From Dehalococcoidia bacterium (GTDB taxonomy: Bacteria; Chloroflexota; Dehalococcoidia; Lucifugimonadales; UBA1127), in assembly GCA_034422455.1 (NCBI GenBank), contig DAOUJQ010000016.1, positions 1,152-65,151 on the forward strand: 64,000 bases of DNA. The letters run 5' to 3'. The notes beneath the pieces were generated by a model. That model saw only the letters and a program-made list of their open reading frames with translations, ran no database searches and was not told the origin of the DNA. Below, piece by piece: positions 29,258 through 38,905 of this stretch. The position numbers and the translations under genes are program-made. Position 1 is the first letter of the stretch. Every line of letters begins with the position of its first letter.

Positions 29258-30202
29258 ATGGACATCAGCCTGATGGTGGAGGGGCAGAACGGCCTTACCT
29301 GGGACCTCTGGAGCAATATCATCCGGAAGTCGGAGGAAGCGGGCTTGGCCGGGGTCTTCCGCTCCGATCACTTCTTCATCGGCACCCAGCAGGACTCGCT
29401 GGAGCCGTACTTGTCCTTCACCATGGCCGCCCTGCAGACGACCCGCATCCGGTTCGGGCCGCTGGTCTCGCCCGTCACCTTCCGCCCGCCCGTGAACGTC
29501 GGGCGCATGGCGGCGCAGCTCGACCAGCTCAGCAACGGGCGATTCGTCATGGGCCTCGGCGGCGGCTGGAACGAGTCGGAGCACGCGGCCTATGGCGTAC
29601 CCTTCCCGCCCGTGGGTGAGCGCCTTAACAGGCTGGAGGAGTCCATCCACGTCATGCGCGCGCTGTGGGGCCCCGGCCCCGCCAGCTACCAGGGCCGCTA
29701 CTACACCCTGCAGGACGCCGACTGCCTGCCCAAGCCGCCCGCGGGCCGTCCGTCGCTGCTCATCGGCGGTGGCGGGGAGAAGCGCACGATGCGCATCGCG
29801 GCCCAGTACGCCGACGAGTGGAACTGCATCAGCATGACCCCGGAGGCCTACACCCACAAGGTCGAGGTGCTGCAGGCCCACTGCGACGCCGTCGGCCGCG
29901 ACCCGTCGACGCTCAAACGCTCGATGATGACATTCGGCGTTGTCGGGCCAGACCCCGCCGTGGCTGCCGAGGGCTATCGCAGCTTCATGCGCAACGTCCG
30001 GGGCGCGACGGTCGAAGACGTGGTGGCGGCAGCCCGGGAACGCGGCATGATCGTGGGCGGCACGGAGGAGGCGATCGAGCGGCTGGGACAACTGGCGGAG
30101 ATGGGCGTCGGCGAGGTCATGTTCCAGCACATGAACTTCTCCGACGACGCCTTCATCGAGTACTTGGGCGGGGAGCTTGCGCCCAGAGCGGCGAAGCTGT
30201 AG
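29258..30202 (+). CDS. LLM-class (luciferase-like) F420-dependent oxidoreductase
   Basis: MDISLMVEGQNGLTWD...FRSDHF is the N-terminal pattern of F420-dependent LLM oxidoreductases. The start is set at ATG 29258. Confidence 0.75.
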   Translation: MDISLMVEGQNGLTWDLWSNIIRKSEEAGLAGVFRSDHFFIGTQQDSLEPYLSFTMAALQTTRIRFGPLVSPVTFRPPVNVGRMAAQLDQLSNGRFVMGLGGGWNESEHAAYGVPFPPVGERLNRLEESIHVMRALWGPGPASYQGRYYTLQDADCLPKPPAGRPSLLIGGGGEKRTMRIAAQYADEWNCISMTPEAYTHKVEVLQAHCDAVGRDPSTLKRSMMTFGVVGPDPAVAAEGYRSFMRNVRGATVEDVVAAARERGMIVGGTEEAIERLGQLAEMGVGEVMFQHMNFSDDAFIEYLGGELAPRAAKL

Positions 30203-30261
30203 CGCAGCGGCAAGGGCTTCCGTTCAGCCGCGACTGTCGAAGGGTCAAGCCAACGGAAGCC

Positions 30262-31140
30262 CTACACGTCGTCCGCGGGGCTGGTGAAGCCGACGCCGGA
30301 GCCCTGGTCGCGCGCTTCCCATCCGCCCGCCTCCACCGCCGTGAGGAAGTCCATGACGGCCCGGTTGAACAGGTCCGGCTCCTCCAGGTTGCAGGCGTGC
30401 CCCGTCTGCGGCAGCACCACTAGGCCGCTCCTGGGAATGCGGCGCTTCATGTAGATGGCCGGTTCCAGGCACGGGTCGTCCTCGTCACCCAGGATGATGA
30501 GCGTGGGGACATCCAAGGCGCGAAGCTGCTCATCAAGGGTGAAGATGGAGGGCCTGCGGGCCTGGTAGCCCCGCAGCGTGTTCGCCTTGCCCTGGGCCGA
30601 GTGGTGAGAGAAGAGCTCTGCGAACTCGGCCCACCCCTGCGGGTCTTTCTGCAGGAAGCGAATGCGCGTCGGCCCGCGCAGGTAGTCCTTGAGCCCGGCG
30701 TTGCCGTCGGCATCCAGCATTTGCGCGTACCCGATGGACTGTTGGCGAAAGGTCTCGGGATCAGTGCTGCCGGTCCCGGCGCCGGCGACGACGACCGACC
30801 TGCACCGCTGCGGGTAGCGGAGGGCGAAGAAGAGCGCCATGTTGCCCCCCATGGAGAGGCCCGCTACGTGCGCTTGCTGTATCCCCAGGAAGTCGAGGAA
30901 ATGGTTCAGGTCCTCCACGACCTGCTGCTGTGAGTAGTTGTCAGAGCGCGAGGGGACGTCAGAAGGCGGATACCCCCGGGCGTTGTAGGTGATCACCCGG
31001 TACCGCCGGGAGAAGTAGCGGACCTGATTCCGCCAACTCTCGTAGCTGCCGGCCAGTTCATGGGCGAATATCAGCGGGAAGCCCTCCCCCGTCTCCTCGT
31101 AGTAGATGTTCAGGCCGTTCTTCAATTCTGCCATGGGCAT
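30262..31140 (-). CDS. alpha/beta-fold hydrolase
   Basis: The HELAG oxyanion region and nucleophile elbow GLSMGG. Confidence 0.8.
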   Translation of the reverse strand: MPMAELKNGLNIYYEETGEGFPLIFAHELAGSYESWRNQVRYFSRRYRVITYNARGYPPSDVPSRSDNYSQQQVVEDLNHFLDFLGIQQAHVAGLSMGGNMALFFALRYPQRCRSVVVAGAGTGSTDPETFRQQSIGYAQMLDADGNAGLKDYLRGPTRIRFLQKDPQGWAEFAELFSHHSAQGKANTLRGYQARRPSIFTLDEQLRALDVPTLIILGDEDDPCLEPAIYMKRRIPRSGLVVLPQTGHACNLEEPDLFNRAVMDFLTAVEAGGWEARDQGSGVGFTSPADDV

Positions 31141-31327
31141 GGCGCGCCTCCATGGTCGATAGGATTGCCCAACGCGGGATATGGGATGGGTACCGGCACC
31201 GTAGCCGTCACCCCATGGCGTGTCAAGGCAAGTCCAGAATAGAGGGGATTGAGCCTGGACGTGTCAGCCATTCGCTACCGCGCGTCCTGTGGGGTATGCT
31301 AGTCGCCAGCAGTGCAAGGAGCGCCCG

Positions 31328-32617
31328 GTGACCACACCAGCGGCCGAAACATCTCCCCGGCTCTTCTACGGCTGGATCATCGTCTTCGCGGCGGCGGTCA
31401 AGGGCGCGTTCAACGTCGGCAGCGCGGTCTTCGCCTCGAGCGTTTTCCTCGTCCCCATGCAGGACGACCTGGGCTGGAGCCGCACGCTCATCTTCGGCGC
31501 ACTGGCCGTGCGGACGCTGGCTGGCGGGCTGCTGAGCCCCATCGTGGGCCCGTGGGGCGACCACCCCTGGGCGCCGCGCGTCGCGCTGCCCATCGGCTCG
31601 GTGCTGTTCGGCCTCTCCTTCATGATGGTCAAGTGGGCGGACACGCCGTTCGAGTACTACCTCAGCTACGGCGTGCTTGGGGCCGCCGGGCTGGCGCTGA
31701 CCAGCAACCCCATCCTGGAGGGCGTTGTCCTCAAGTGGTTCATCCGGCGGCGGGCGCAGGCCATCATGTGGATGCAGGTGGGTCCACCCACCGGCCCGAT
31801 GATCTTCCCCCTGCTGCTCACCTTCCTCATTAACGCCGTCGGCTGGCGCGACGCGTGGCTCTGGATGGGCATCGGCGCCATCGCCATCTTCCTGCCGCTG
31901 TCGCTGCTAGTGCGCACGTCGCCCGAATCGATGGGCCTCCTGCCCGACGGCGACCGCCCCAGCACGGCTTCCGCAGCGGGCGGCGGTCTCCGACGCAGTG
32001 GCGCTTCCGAAGAGCACAGCTTCACCCGAGGCGAGGCCCTACGGAGCAGCACGTTCTGGATGATCTGCGTCGCCCTGTCGCTCAGCATCATCGGCCTGCC
32101 GGGTTTTCAGGCGCACTGGGTACCCTACCTGGTCGACATCGACTTCACCCGCGAGGTGGCGGCGTCTGCCGTGCTTGTCTTTGGCATCGGCTCGGTGTTG
32201 GCGCGCTTCGTCTGGGGCTACCTCACGGCGCGGCATGACATCCGCAACCTCATGGTCATCCAAGCGCTGCTGGCGGCGTTGGGGGTCCTCTTCCTGCTGG
32301 CAGTCCAGAACACCGCGATGATGTACGTGTGGGCCATCTATCACGGCCTCACGCTGGCGGTCTTCTTCCAGCTGCAAACGCTCCTGGTGGTCACCTATTT
32401 CGGCCGGCGAAACATCGGCGCAATCCGGGGCGTCATGTTCCCCTTCATTACCCTCGGCTCCTCCGTCGGACCGATCCTGCTCGGCGCGCTCTACGACTGG
32501 CAGGGTTCCTACCTGGTGCCCTTCTCGCTGGTCACCGTCACGTGGCTGCTGGCGGGGATGGTCGTGCTCATGACGCGGCCGCCAAAGCCCGCAGCCGCGC
32601 CGGAGGCCGCCGCATGA
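31328..32617 (+). CDS. MFS transporter
   Basis: Multi-TM ORF with the same LFYGWIIV N-terminal motif as the other MFS genes. The GTG start at 31328 is preceded by AAGGAG; ATG 31289 is possible. Confidence 0.75.
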   Translation: MTTPAAETSPRLFYGWIIVFAAAVKGAFNVGSAVFASSVFLVPMQDDLGWSRTLIFGALAVRTLAGGLLSPIVGPWGDHPWAPRVALPIGSVLFGLSFMMVKWADTPFEYYLSYGVLGAAGLALTSNPILEGVVLKWFIRRRAQAIMWMQVGPPTGPMIFPLLLTFLINAVGWRDAWLWMGIGAIAIFLPLSLLVRTSPESMGLLPDGDRPSTASAAGGGLRRSGASEEHSFTRGEALRSSTFWMICVALSLSIIGLPGFQAHWVPYLVDIDFTREVAASAVLVFGIGSVLARFVWGYLTARHDIRNLMVIQALLAALGVLFLLAVQNTAMMYVWAIYHGLTLAVFFQLQTLLVVTYFGRRNIGAIRGVMFPFITLGSSVGPILLGALYDWQGSYLVPFSLVTVTWLLAGMVVLMTRPPKPAAAPEAAA

Positions 32618-33753
32618 CGTCCCAGGCAACGCTGAAGTACACCCTTGTCACCGGAACCGCGCAGTTCCTCGACGTTTGTTCCTCACTCGCCAATGAGCGC
32701 CGCATCGCCGTCGACACCGAGGCGGACAGCATGCACCACTACCCCGAGCGCGTGTGCCTGGTGCAAGTCGCGACGCCCGAGCGCACGTACCTGCTCGACC
32801 CACTGGCCCTGCGCGATCTCTCGCCGCTGTCAGGCGCGCTGGGCGACCGCCGCGTCCTGAAGCTGCTTCACGGCGCCGACTACGACCTGCGCGGCCTCAA
32901 CCGTGACTGGGGGCTGACCTTCGCCGGCCTCTTCGACACCTACATCGCGGCGCGCTTCCTCGGCGTGGAGCGCGTTGGCCTCGCCGCGCTGTTGGAGGAG
33001 CTGCTGGGGGTGGAGATCCCCAAGGACAGGAGGATCCAGCGCGCCGACTGGTCCAAGCGCCCACTGGACGACGTTGCGCTGCAGTACGCCGCAGCCGACG
33101 TCTGCCACCTGTTCGCCCTGCACGACGTCATGGCGGACAAGCTGCGCACGCTGGGGCGGCTGGCGTGGGTGGGGGAGGAGTGCGAGCGGCTGTGCGAGGT
33201 GCGCCACACGCCCCAGGACCTGACAGCCACCGTGCTTTCGCAGTCGAGCGCGCGCAAGTTCGACGGGCGGCAACTTGCCGTACTGCTGGCGCTCTACCGA
33301 CACCGCGAGAACGAGGCACGCCGGTTGGACCGGCCGCCGTCGCATGTACTGCCGCCCGCCGCGCTCTCGGCCATCGCCGCCGAGCCGCGCATGAGGCTGG
33401 AGGATGTTGAGGGACTTACGCCGCGGCAGGTGAAGCGATTCGGCCGGCTGATCCGGACGGCTGTGCAGGAGGGTCTTAGGGGGCCGCCGCTCGTGCGGCC
33501 CGCGCCGACAACCCCACCGCGGCGCAGGCCAACGCAGGCACAGTCGCAGCGGCTGCTCGCGCTGAAGGCCTGGCGCAGCGAGCAGGCGAAGGAACTCGGC
33601 ATGGACATCGCGCTCGTGTGGCCGATGCGAAGCTTGGAGCGGCTGGCGCGGGAGCCGCAGACGCTCGCCGAGGAGCTGGACTCGCCGGAGGTGCGCGGCT
33701 GGCAGCGCGACCGCTTTCAGGCGTCCCTCCAAGGCGTACTTGCGACAAAGTAG
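32614..33753 (+). CDS. rnd: ribonuclease D (DEDD 3'-5' exonuclease plus HRDC domain)
   Basis: IAVDTEADSMHHY and HGADYDL motifs. The ATG overlaps the MFS stop codon (ATGA). Confidence 0.8.
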   Translation: MTSQATLKYTLVTGTAQFLDVCSSLANERRIAVDTEADSMHHYPERVCLVQVATPERTYLLDPLALRDLSPLSGALGDRRVLKLLHGADYDLRGLNRDWGLTFAGLFDTYIAARFLGVERVGLAALLEELLGVEIPKDRRIQRADWSKRPLDDVALQYAAADVCHLFALHDVMADKLRTLGRLAWVGEECERLCEVRHTPQDLTATVLSQSSARKFDGRQLAVLLALYRHRENEARRLDRPPSHVLPPAALSAIAAEPRMRLEDVEGLTPRQVKRFGRLIRTAVQEGLRGPPLVRPAPTTPPRRRPTQAQSQRLLALKAWRSEQAKELGMDIALVWPMRSLERLAREPQTLAEELDSPEVRGWQRDRFQASLQGVLATK

Positions 33754-33804
33754 GGAAGGGCCCGCGAAATGGCGGGCCCCTCAATGAATGTACTTGGCTG
33801 CACC

Positions 33805-34962
33805 CTATCCCCAGGCGCGGCGGGCCGTTTCCACTACCAGTTCCAGCTTCCGAAGCTGGTCGTCCCATGCAAGCGGGTTGCCCTGCAGCGTCGACGAGAA
33901 GCCGCACTGCGGGCTCAGGGCGAGGTCGTCCATGTCGACGTACCTGGCGGCCTCCTCGATGCGGCTCAGGAGCAGGTCTGGCGACTCCAGCTCGCCGGCC
34001 TTGGTGGTCACGAGGCCCAGCACCACCGTCTTACCCTTGGGCATGAACCGCAGGGGCTCGAAGCCGCCGGAGCGCTCGCTGTCGTACTCCAGCAGCCACG
34101 CGTCCACCTCCAAGCGGGTGAAGAGCTGCTCAGCGATGCGGTCGTAGCCGCCGGACGTGTGGTAGGCGCCGAAGGCGCCGTTGCCGCGGCACAGGTGCAT
34201 CGCCACGATGGTGTTGCTCCGGTCGACGCCGCTGACACTGGCGTTGTCCGCGTCGATGTCGTCGCTGAGCGCCTGGTCCTGGTCGACGCCAAGGGCCTCC
34301 CACTGGGCGCGCCGCTCGTCCGGGATGTAGTCCGGGTAGTGGGGGTTGTCGATCTGCACGTACGGGCACCCCTCGGCAATGAGGGCCGCGACCTCGCCGC
34401 GAACGATGTCCGCGGCGTCGGCCAATACAGCGGCCCGGGACTCGTACACCTGGTCCGTCACGCCGGGCTTGTAGCCGCGCGCGGTCACGTAGCTGGCGGC
34501 GGGCATCGTCACCTTGTACGGGCCGGGCGCGTTGGCCTTGATGAAGGCCGACTCGTGCCCCGTCAGGCGGCGCACCTGGCGCAGCCGCTCGCCGATGACG
34601 CGGCCGCCGGCGCCGCCACCCGGCACGCCGATGGGGTTGTCCGGGGTAATCCCCGTGCCCGTTTGGCTCCAGTCGCTGCGGCCGCCCTGGAAGGGCATGC
34701 TGACGGCGGGATCGCCCTCGATGTAGCCCTCCACCGACTCACCGAAGCCGCCAGCCCAGCCGCTGCGCCGCAGCTCGCCGTCCGAGTAGATGCCGATGCC
34801 GGACTGCTTCTGCAGCTCTATCACGCGAAGGATGTGCTCATTCTCAATTCCTCGAAGCGCCTCCTCGGAGATGCTCCCGGCCCGGAATGCGTCCCTCGCG
34901 TCCTTGACCTCCTGGGGCCGCAGAAAGCTGCCCACGTGGTCCGCTCGAAACTGTGTCGCCAT
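33805..34962 (-). CDS. cobalamin-independent methionine synthase (MetE C-terminal/URO-D-like) family protein
   Basis: 385 aa with FRADHVGSFLRP... and HLCRGN... in the MetE-like catalytic-domain pattern. Confidence 0.7.
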   Translation of the reverse strand: MATQFRADHVGSFLRPQEVKDARDAFRAGSISEEALRGIENEHILRVIELQKQSGIGIYSDGELRRSGWAGGFGESVEGYIEGDPAVSMPFQGGRSDWSQTGTGITPDNPIGVPGGGAGGRVIGERLRQVRRLTGHESAFIKANAPGPYKVTMPAASYVTARGYKPGVTDQVYESRAAVLADAADIVRGEVAALIAEGCPYVQIDNPHYPDYIPDERRAQWEALGVDQDQALSDDIDADNASVSGVDRSNTIVAMHLCRGNGAFGAYHTSGGYDRIAEQLFTRLEVDAWLLEYDSERSGGFEPLRFMPKGKTVVLGLVTTKAGELESPDLLLSRIEEAARYVDMDDLALSPQCGFSSTLQGNPLAWDDQLRKLELVVETARRAWG

Positions 34963-35073
34963 GTCCTTCCCTCACTGTCAGTGTTGCGATGCCGCTGACA
35001 CAGTGCTCAGAGGCACCCGGTGCAAGTGGCCGCATCATTTATAGCACATTTGGAAGGCAAGGGCGTTGGACAT

Positions 35074-35613
35074 CTACCCCAAACCATGCAGCTGCTTGTA
35101 CGTGTCCAGGCCTTCCGGCAGGTCGGCGGCCGTGAGCTTCCCCTGGCGGTGCTTGCGCATCGTCTGGCCGAGGCCCTCCGCGAGGTCCGCCATGCGGAGG
35201 TAGTAGTACGTCGAAAGCTCACGCCTCGCGAACTTCCATGCGCCGCCCTCACGGCGGTACTCGTCCGCGTAGCGGAAGGCGGCCAGCCAGCCCTCGCCCT
35301 GCAGCCCCATCTCGGCGTGGCCGGTGACCCAGCCGTGCGCCGTGTCCGGGCCGTCGAACTCGATGACGTGGGCGTGCGGGGTGTGCAGCGTGAAGCCGTA
35401 CTGCAGGAACCGGGCCGCGTAGTGCTCCCGCAACGCCTCCTTGCCCTCCAGGTACAGCGAGCGGTCCTTCTGCCCGTGGACGCAGTCGTCCGTGTAGTTG
35501 CCGACGAAGGCCTCCAGGTCGCGGTCGTCGATGGCGCGGCAGTAGTCCGCTACCAGGTCGCGGATGGCCTGCCGGTCCTCCAGCCGCCGCAGCCGCTCCT
35601 CGATCGACGCCAC
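35074..35613 (-). CDS. SnoaL-like / NTF2-superfamily protein
   Basis: ..RLEDRQAIRDLVADYCRAIDDRDLEAFVGNYTDDCV.. is typical of SnoaL_4-type proteins. The GTG start is set at 35611-35613. Confidence 0.55.
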   Translation of the reverse strand: MASIEERLRRLEDRQAIRDLVADYCRAIDDRDLEAFVGNYTDDCVHGQKDRSLYLEGKEALREHYAARFLQYGFTLHTPHAHVIEFDGPDTAHGWVTGHAEMGLQGEGWLAAFRYADEYRREGGAWKFARRELSTYYYLRMADLAEGLGQTMRKHRQGKLTAADLPEGLDTYKQLHGLG

Positions 35614-35614
35614 G

Positions 35615-35944
35615 CTAGCGCTCCACCGCAACGCGCTCGGAGAAGCGGATGGACTCGTGGAGGGTGATCGCCTTGTCGCGCCATTCACGGAACATCAGGT
35701 TCACCGGCTCGCGTTCCGGCGTGCGCATCTCGGCGATGGCGGTGTCCATGTCCTCAACGGTGGTCTCGTAGTCGGTTATGTAAATGTTTTCACCGTTGAA
35801 CTCGCCGACGTACCGGCGGCACGAGTAGAAGTGGGGCACCTCCGCCATGAGCTTGGGGATGTACCACCCCTCGTACCACGCATTGAACTCTTCCTCGTAT
35901 TCCGGCTTCACCACGAGCCGGACCTGGTAGATCGCCCGCGTCAT
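35615..35944 (-). CDS. small conserved protein, possibly dimeric alpha/beta-barrel (DUF4286-like)
   Basis: 109-aa ORF. The start is set at ATG 35942-35944, and the stop lies 1 nt before the next start codon. The fold assignment is only an impression. Confidence 0.4.
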   Translation of the reverse strand: MTRAIYQVRLVVKPEYEEEFNAWYEGWYIPKLMAEVPHFYSCRRYVGEFNGENIYITDYETTVEDMDTAIAEMRTPEREPVNLMFREWRDKAITLHESIRFSERVAVER

Positions 35945-36411
35945 GGCCCCTCCCCAGTGTGCGTGTCCTGCCAGCGTATAAGCGAGGCACAGCATCGTCA
36001 ACGCGACGGGCGACTCCGTCCGTACGGGCGTACCCTTCCAACATCGATTCGTACCTCACATCCCACCCATCGGCCCAATACGCACCTTCATTCGTACCCG
36101 GTTCGTACCGAGAGCCTTCAGCTACGATCCGGATATTCGAACTTCAAATTCGAAGGAACGAATCCGTATCTGGGCGGGCCGGTCTCAGCTACGGACTATT
36201 CGAATTCCAGCGATTTTTCCCGTGGCCGCCAGGGGCTGTGAAGGCGAAACGCCTGAGATTGCTTGCTTTGCCTCCGAAGTCCATACCGAGAGGCTAGCAA
36301 AAGGGCGGCGGTGAGGGAAAGGGGGCGGTGGCAGGGTGGGGGAGTCCCCTTACGCCGGGACGCCCTCGTGCTACCATGCACGCACCACTCACGAATAGAG
36401 GAGCCTCGCCC

Positions 36412-37038
36412 ATGGACGACCTGTTTGCACCGGGCCCGGAGGACATCGCGGCCGTTGCCGAGGCTTCCCACGCCCTCCTCGCGCCGCTGGCAGACCGCGA
36501 CTGGTCGGTGGGCGCGGGCGACCTCGAGTGGGACTGCCGGGAGACGCTCGACCATGTCGCGGGCGTGCAGGTCTTCTACGCCGCCCACGCCGCCAACCCG
36601 TCTCAGGAGCGCTTGCCCGCCGCCCGCAGGGACAACCCGCGCCAGTCGACCGTCGAGTTGGTGACGGTACACCGCGCACTGGCCAACGTGCTCGCCGCCG
36701 TGCTCCGCTCGATGCCGGACGACGCGCGAGGTTGGCACCCCGCGGGCATGGCGGACCGGTACGGCTTCGCGGCGATGTCCTGCACCGAGATCCTCGTGCA
36801 CACCAACGACATCGCGCAGGGCCTCGGCGTCGACTTCACGCCGCCAACGGACGTTGCAGCCCGGACGCTCGCTCGCCTGTTCCCGTGGGTGCCCGCCGAG
36901 CCGGACCCATGGCAAGCGCTCCTCTACGCCGCCGGACGGACGCCCCTCGGCGACAAGGAGCGACGGGCGCCGGACTGGTCTTGGCAGTGTGCGCCGCTGA
37001 GCGAGTGGGACGGGCGGGTCAGGGTCCGCGGGGGATAG
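36412..37038 (+). CDS. DinB/MDMPI_N-like (maleylpyruvate isomerase N-terminal domain family) protein
   Basis: DWSVGAGDLEWDCRETLDHV pattern. The start at ATG 36412 is preceded by AGGAG. Confidence 0.5.
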   Translation: MDDLFAPGPEDIAAVAEASHALLAPLADRDWSVGAGDLEWDCRETLDHVAGVQVFYAAHAANPSQERLPAARRDNPRQSTVELVTVHRALANVLAAVLRSMPDDARGWHPAGMADRYGFAAMSCTEILVHTNDIAQGLGVDFTPPTDVAARTLARLFPWVPAEPDPWQALLYAAGRTPLGDKERRAPDWSWQCAPLSEWDGRVRVRGG

Positions 37039-37045
37039 TCGCGTC

Positions 37046-37082
37046 TGTTCGTGCCCCCTTCGACGGTGCTCAGGGCGAACGG
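37046..37082. repeat. family A element between the two DinB-like paralogues
   Basis: TGTTCGTGCCCCCTTCGACGGTGCTCAGGGCGAACGG. Confidence 0.8.
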
Positions 37083-37161
37083 TCGCGTACGGCCCCTTGC
37101 GCGAGGCGGGGCCCGTGATACCATACGCGGCACCCCCACACCGAGAAGGAGCGCCAACGCG

Positions 37162-37791
37162 ATGGAAGACCTGCGCGAACCGGGCCCGGATGACGTCATA
37201 GCCGCGGCGGAGACTGCCTTCGCCCTCTTCTCCACCTTGGTCGACATGGACTGGTCGGTCATTGCGGGCGACCTCGACTGGGACTGCCGCCAGACCCTGG
37301 AGCACGTCACCACCGTACAGATTTTCCTCGCTTCCAACGCTGCAAACCAGACTCGCGCCAGATTGCCGGGAGCGCGTACCAACAACCCCGATCAGTCGAT
37401 CCAGGACCTGATCATCGTCCACCGGGCGCTGGCCAACGTGCTGGCCGCCGTGCTCCGCTCGATGCCGGAGGACGCACGTGGCTTCCACCCCGCCGGCCTC
37501 GCCGACCGCCACGGCTTCGCCGCCATGGCGTGCACCGAGACCCTCGTGCACGCCGCCGACATCGCGGAGGGCCTCGGACTCGATTTCGTTCCCCCGCCGG
37601 ACATCGCCGCCAAGGCGCTCGCGCGCCTCTTCCCGTGGGTGCAGGCCGAGGACGACCCGTGGCAGGCGCTGCTGTACGCGACGGGCCGCATCTCGCTGGG
37701 CGACAAGGAGCGGCGGGCGCCCAACTGGTGGTGGCACTGTGCGCCGCTGAGCGAGTGGGACGGGACGGTGAAGGTACGGCCGCCGGCGTAA
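37162..37791 (+). CDS. DinB/MDMPI_N-like protein (tandem paralogue)
   Basis: Roughly 65-70% aa identity to 36412-37038 by eye. Confidence 0.5.
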   Translation: MEDLREPGPDDVIAAAETAFALFSTLVDMDWSVIAGDLDWDCRQTLEHVTTVQIFLASNAANQTRARLPGARTNNPDQSIQDLIIVHRALANVLAAVLRSMPEDARGFHPAGLADRHGFAAMACTETLVHAADIAEGLGLDFVPPPDIAAKALARLFPWVQAEDDPWQALLYATGRISLGDKERRAPNWWWHCAPLSEWDGTVKVRPPA

Positions 37792-37824
37792 CCTGCCGCC
37801 CCGACGATCCGCAGGAGGTGACCC

Positions 37825-38802
37825 ATGCAGCTGCCAATCTCCACCATGCGCTACGACATCACGATGCCCCTGCTCGACGGCCGCGTCGAGATTCCGGGCG
37901 TGGAGCTGATCCCAACCGGCACAGGCGCGATGGTCTTCAACGAGGTGCCCGCGCTGCAGACCGGCGATTTCGGCCTGTGGGACCTGAACCTCGGTTATGT
38001 CCTGCCCGCCATCGAGGCGGGGTGGGAGATCATCGGCCTGCCGCTGATGGTCAAGCGCAAGCCGGTGTACACCTTCGTCTTCGCACGGGCCGATGCGGGC
38101 ATCGACTCGCCAAAGGACCTGGAGGGCAAGCGCATCGGGTCGGGTTCGTATCCGACGTCGATCACCGTTTGGACGGCGGGTCTGCTGCAACACCGCCACG
38201 GCGTCGACATCACCAAGCTCCGGTGGATGGTCACCAACAACCGGCGCGTCTTCCCACTGCACGTGGACCAACCCTCAATCATGCCCTCCAATGAGGTCAC
38301 TGACGGCGCGGGGCCCGTCAGCCCTCTGGACCGGCTCATGTCGGGGGACGTGGACGCCATCATCACCGACATCTCCGACGGCCCGGCATTCGCCATGCTG
38401 GAGTCCAGCCCGGACGTGAAGCGCGTCTTCCCCAACTACCAGGACGAGGACCTGGCGCTCTGGCGCGAGTCGGGCATCCACACGCCCATGCACCAGATGG
38501 TCATGAGCCGCAAGCTAGACCGCGAGGACCCGGAGCTTGCGCGCCGCGTGTACGACGCCTTCGTAGAGGCCAAGCGGTTGGCGTACATCGACGCCGTCAA
38601 CGACCGCGCGGGGTTCTCCATCATGTACCAGCGCGAGGCCGTGGTGGAGCAGGAGAAGGTGTGGGGCGACCCGTTCATCTACGGCGTCAAGGACGACATG
38701 GGGACTATCGACGCCTTCCTCACCTACAACGCCGAGCAGGGCCTGACCAGCCAGCGGCTGTCGCTGGAGGACTGGATGGCCGCCAGCACCCTGGACACGT
38801 AG
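37825..38802 (+). CDS. periplasmic-binding-protein-fold protein, 4,5-dihydroxyphthalate decarboxylase-like annotation class
   Basis: The N-terminus ..YDITMPLLDGRVEIPGVEL.. matches the pattern I associate with PhtD-like/NMT1-like proteins. There is no signal peptide. Confidence 0.5.
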   Translation: MQLPISTMRYDITMPLLDGRVEIPGVELIPTGTGAMVFNEVPALQTGDFGLWDLNLGYVLPAIEAGWEIIGLPLMVKRKPVYTFVFARADAGIDSPKDLEGKRIGSGSYPTSITVWTAGLLQHRHGVDITKLRWMVTNNRRVFPLHVDQPSIMPSNEVTDGAGPVSPLDRLMSGDVDAIITDISDGPAFAMLESSPDVKRVFPNYQDEDLALWRESGIHTPMHQMVMSRKLDREDPELARRVYDAFVEAKRLAYIDAVNDRAGFSIMYQREAVVEQEKVWGDPFIYGVKDDMGTIDAFLTYNAEQGLTSQRLSLEDWMAASTLDT

Positions 38803-38829
38803 CAGTGCAGCCTCATCCCCTTCGTCAGA

Positions 38830-38855
38830 CCCTTCGACAGGCTCAGGGCGAACGG
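38830..38855. repeat. family A element
   Basis: CCCTTCGACAGGCTCAGGGCGAACGG, 28 nt after the preceding stop codon. Confidence 0.85.
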
Positions 38856-38905
38856 GATGGAGCGATACACGAACTCAGGCATTTGCCAAGACGGAGGAGA
38901 GTCCA

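Noticed and set aside
36040-36250. Three TTCGTACC repeats and three ATTCGAA sites in the spacer upstream of the first DinB-like gene, considered as an operator array.
   Set aside because: They could be a degenerate family E-like fragment (it shares GGAACGAATCC and CAGCTAC). No regulator gene is adjacent and I cannot assess significance without statistics. It is folded into the family E finding.
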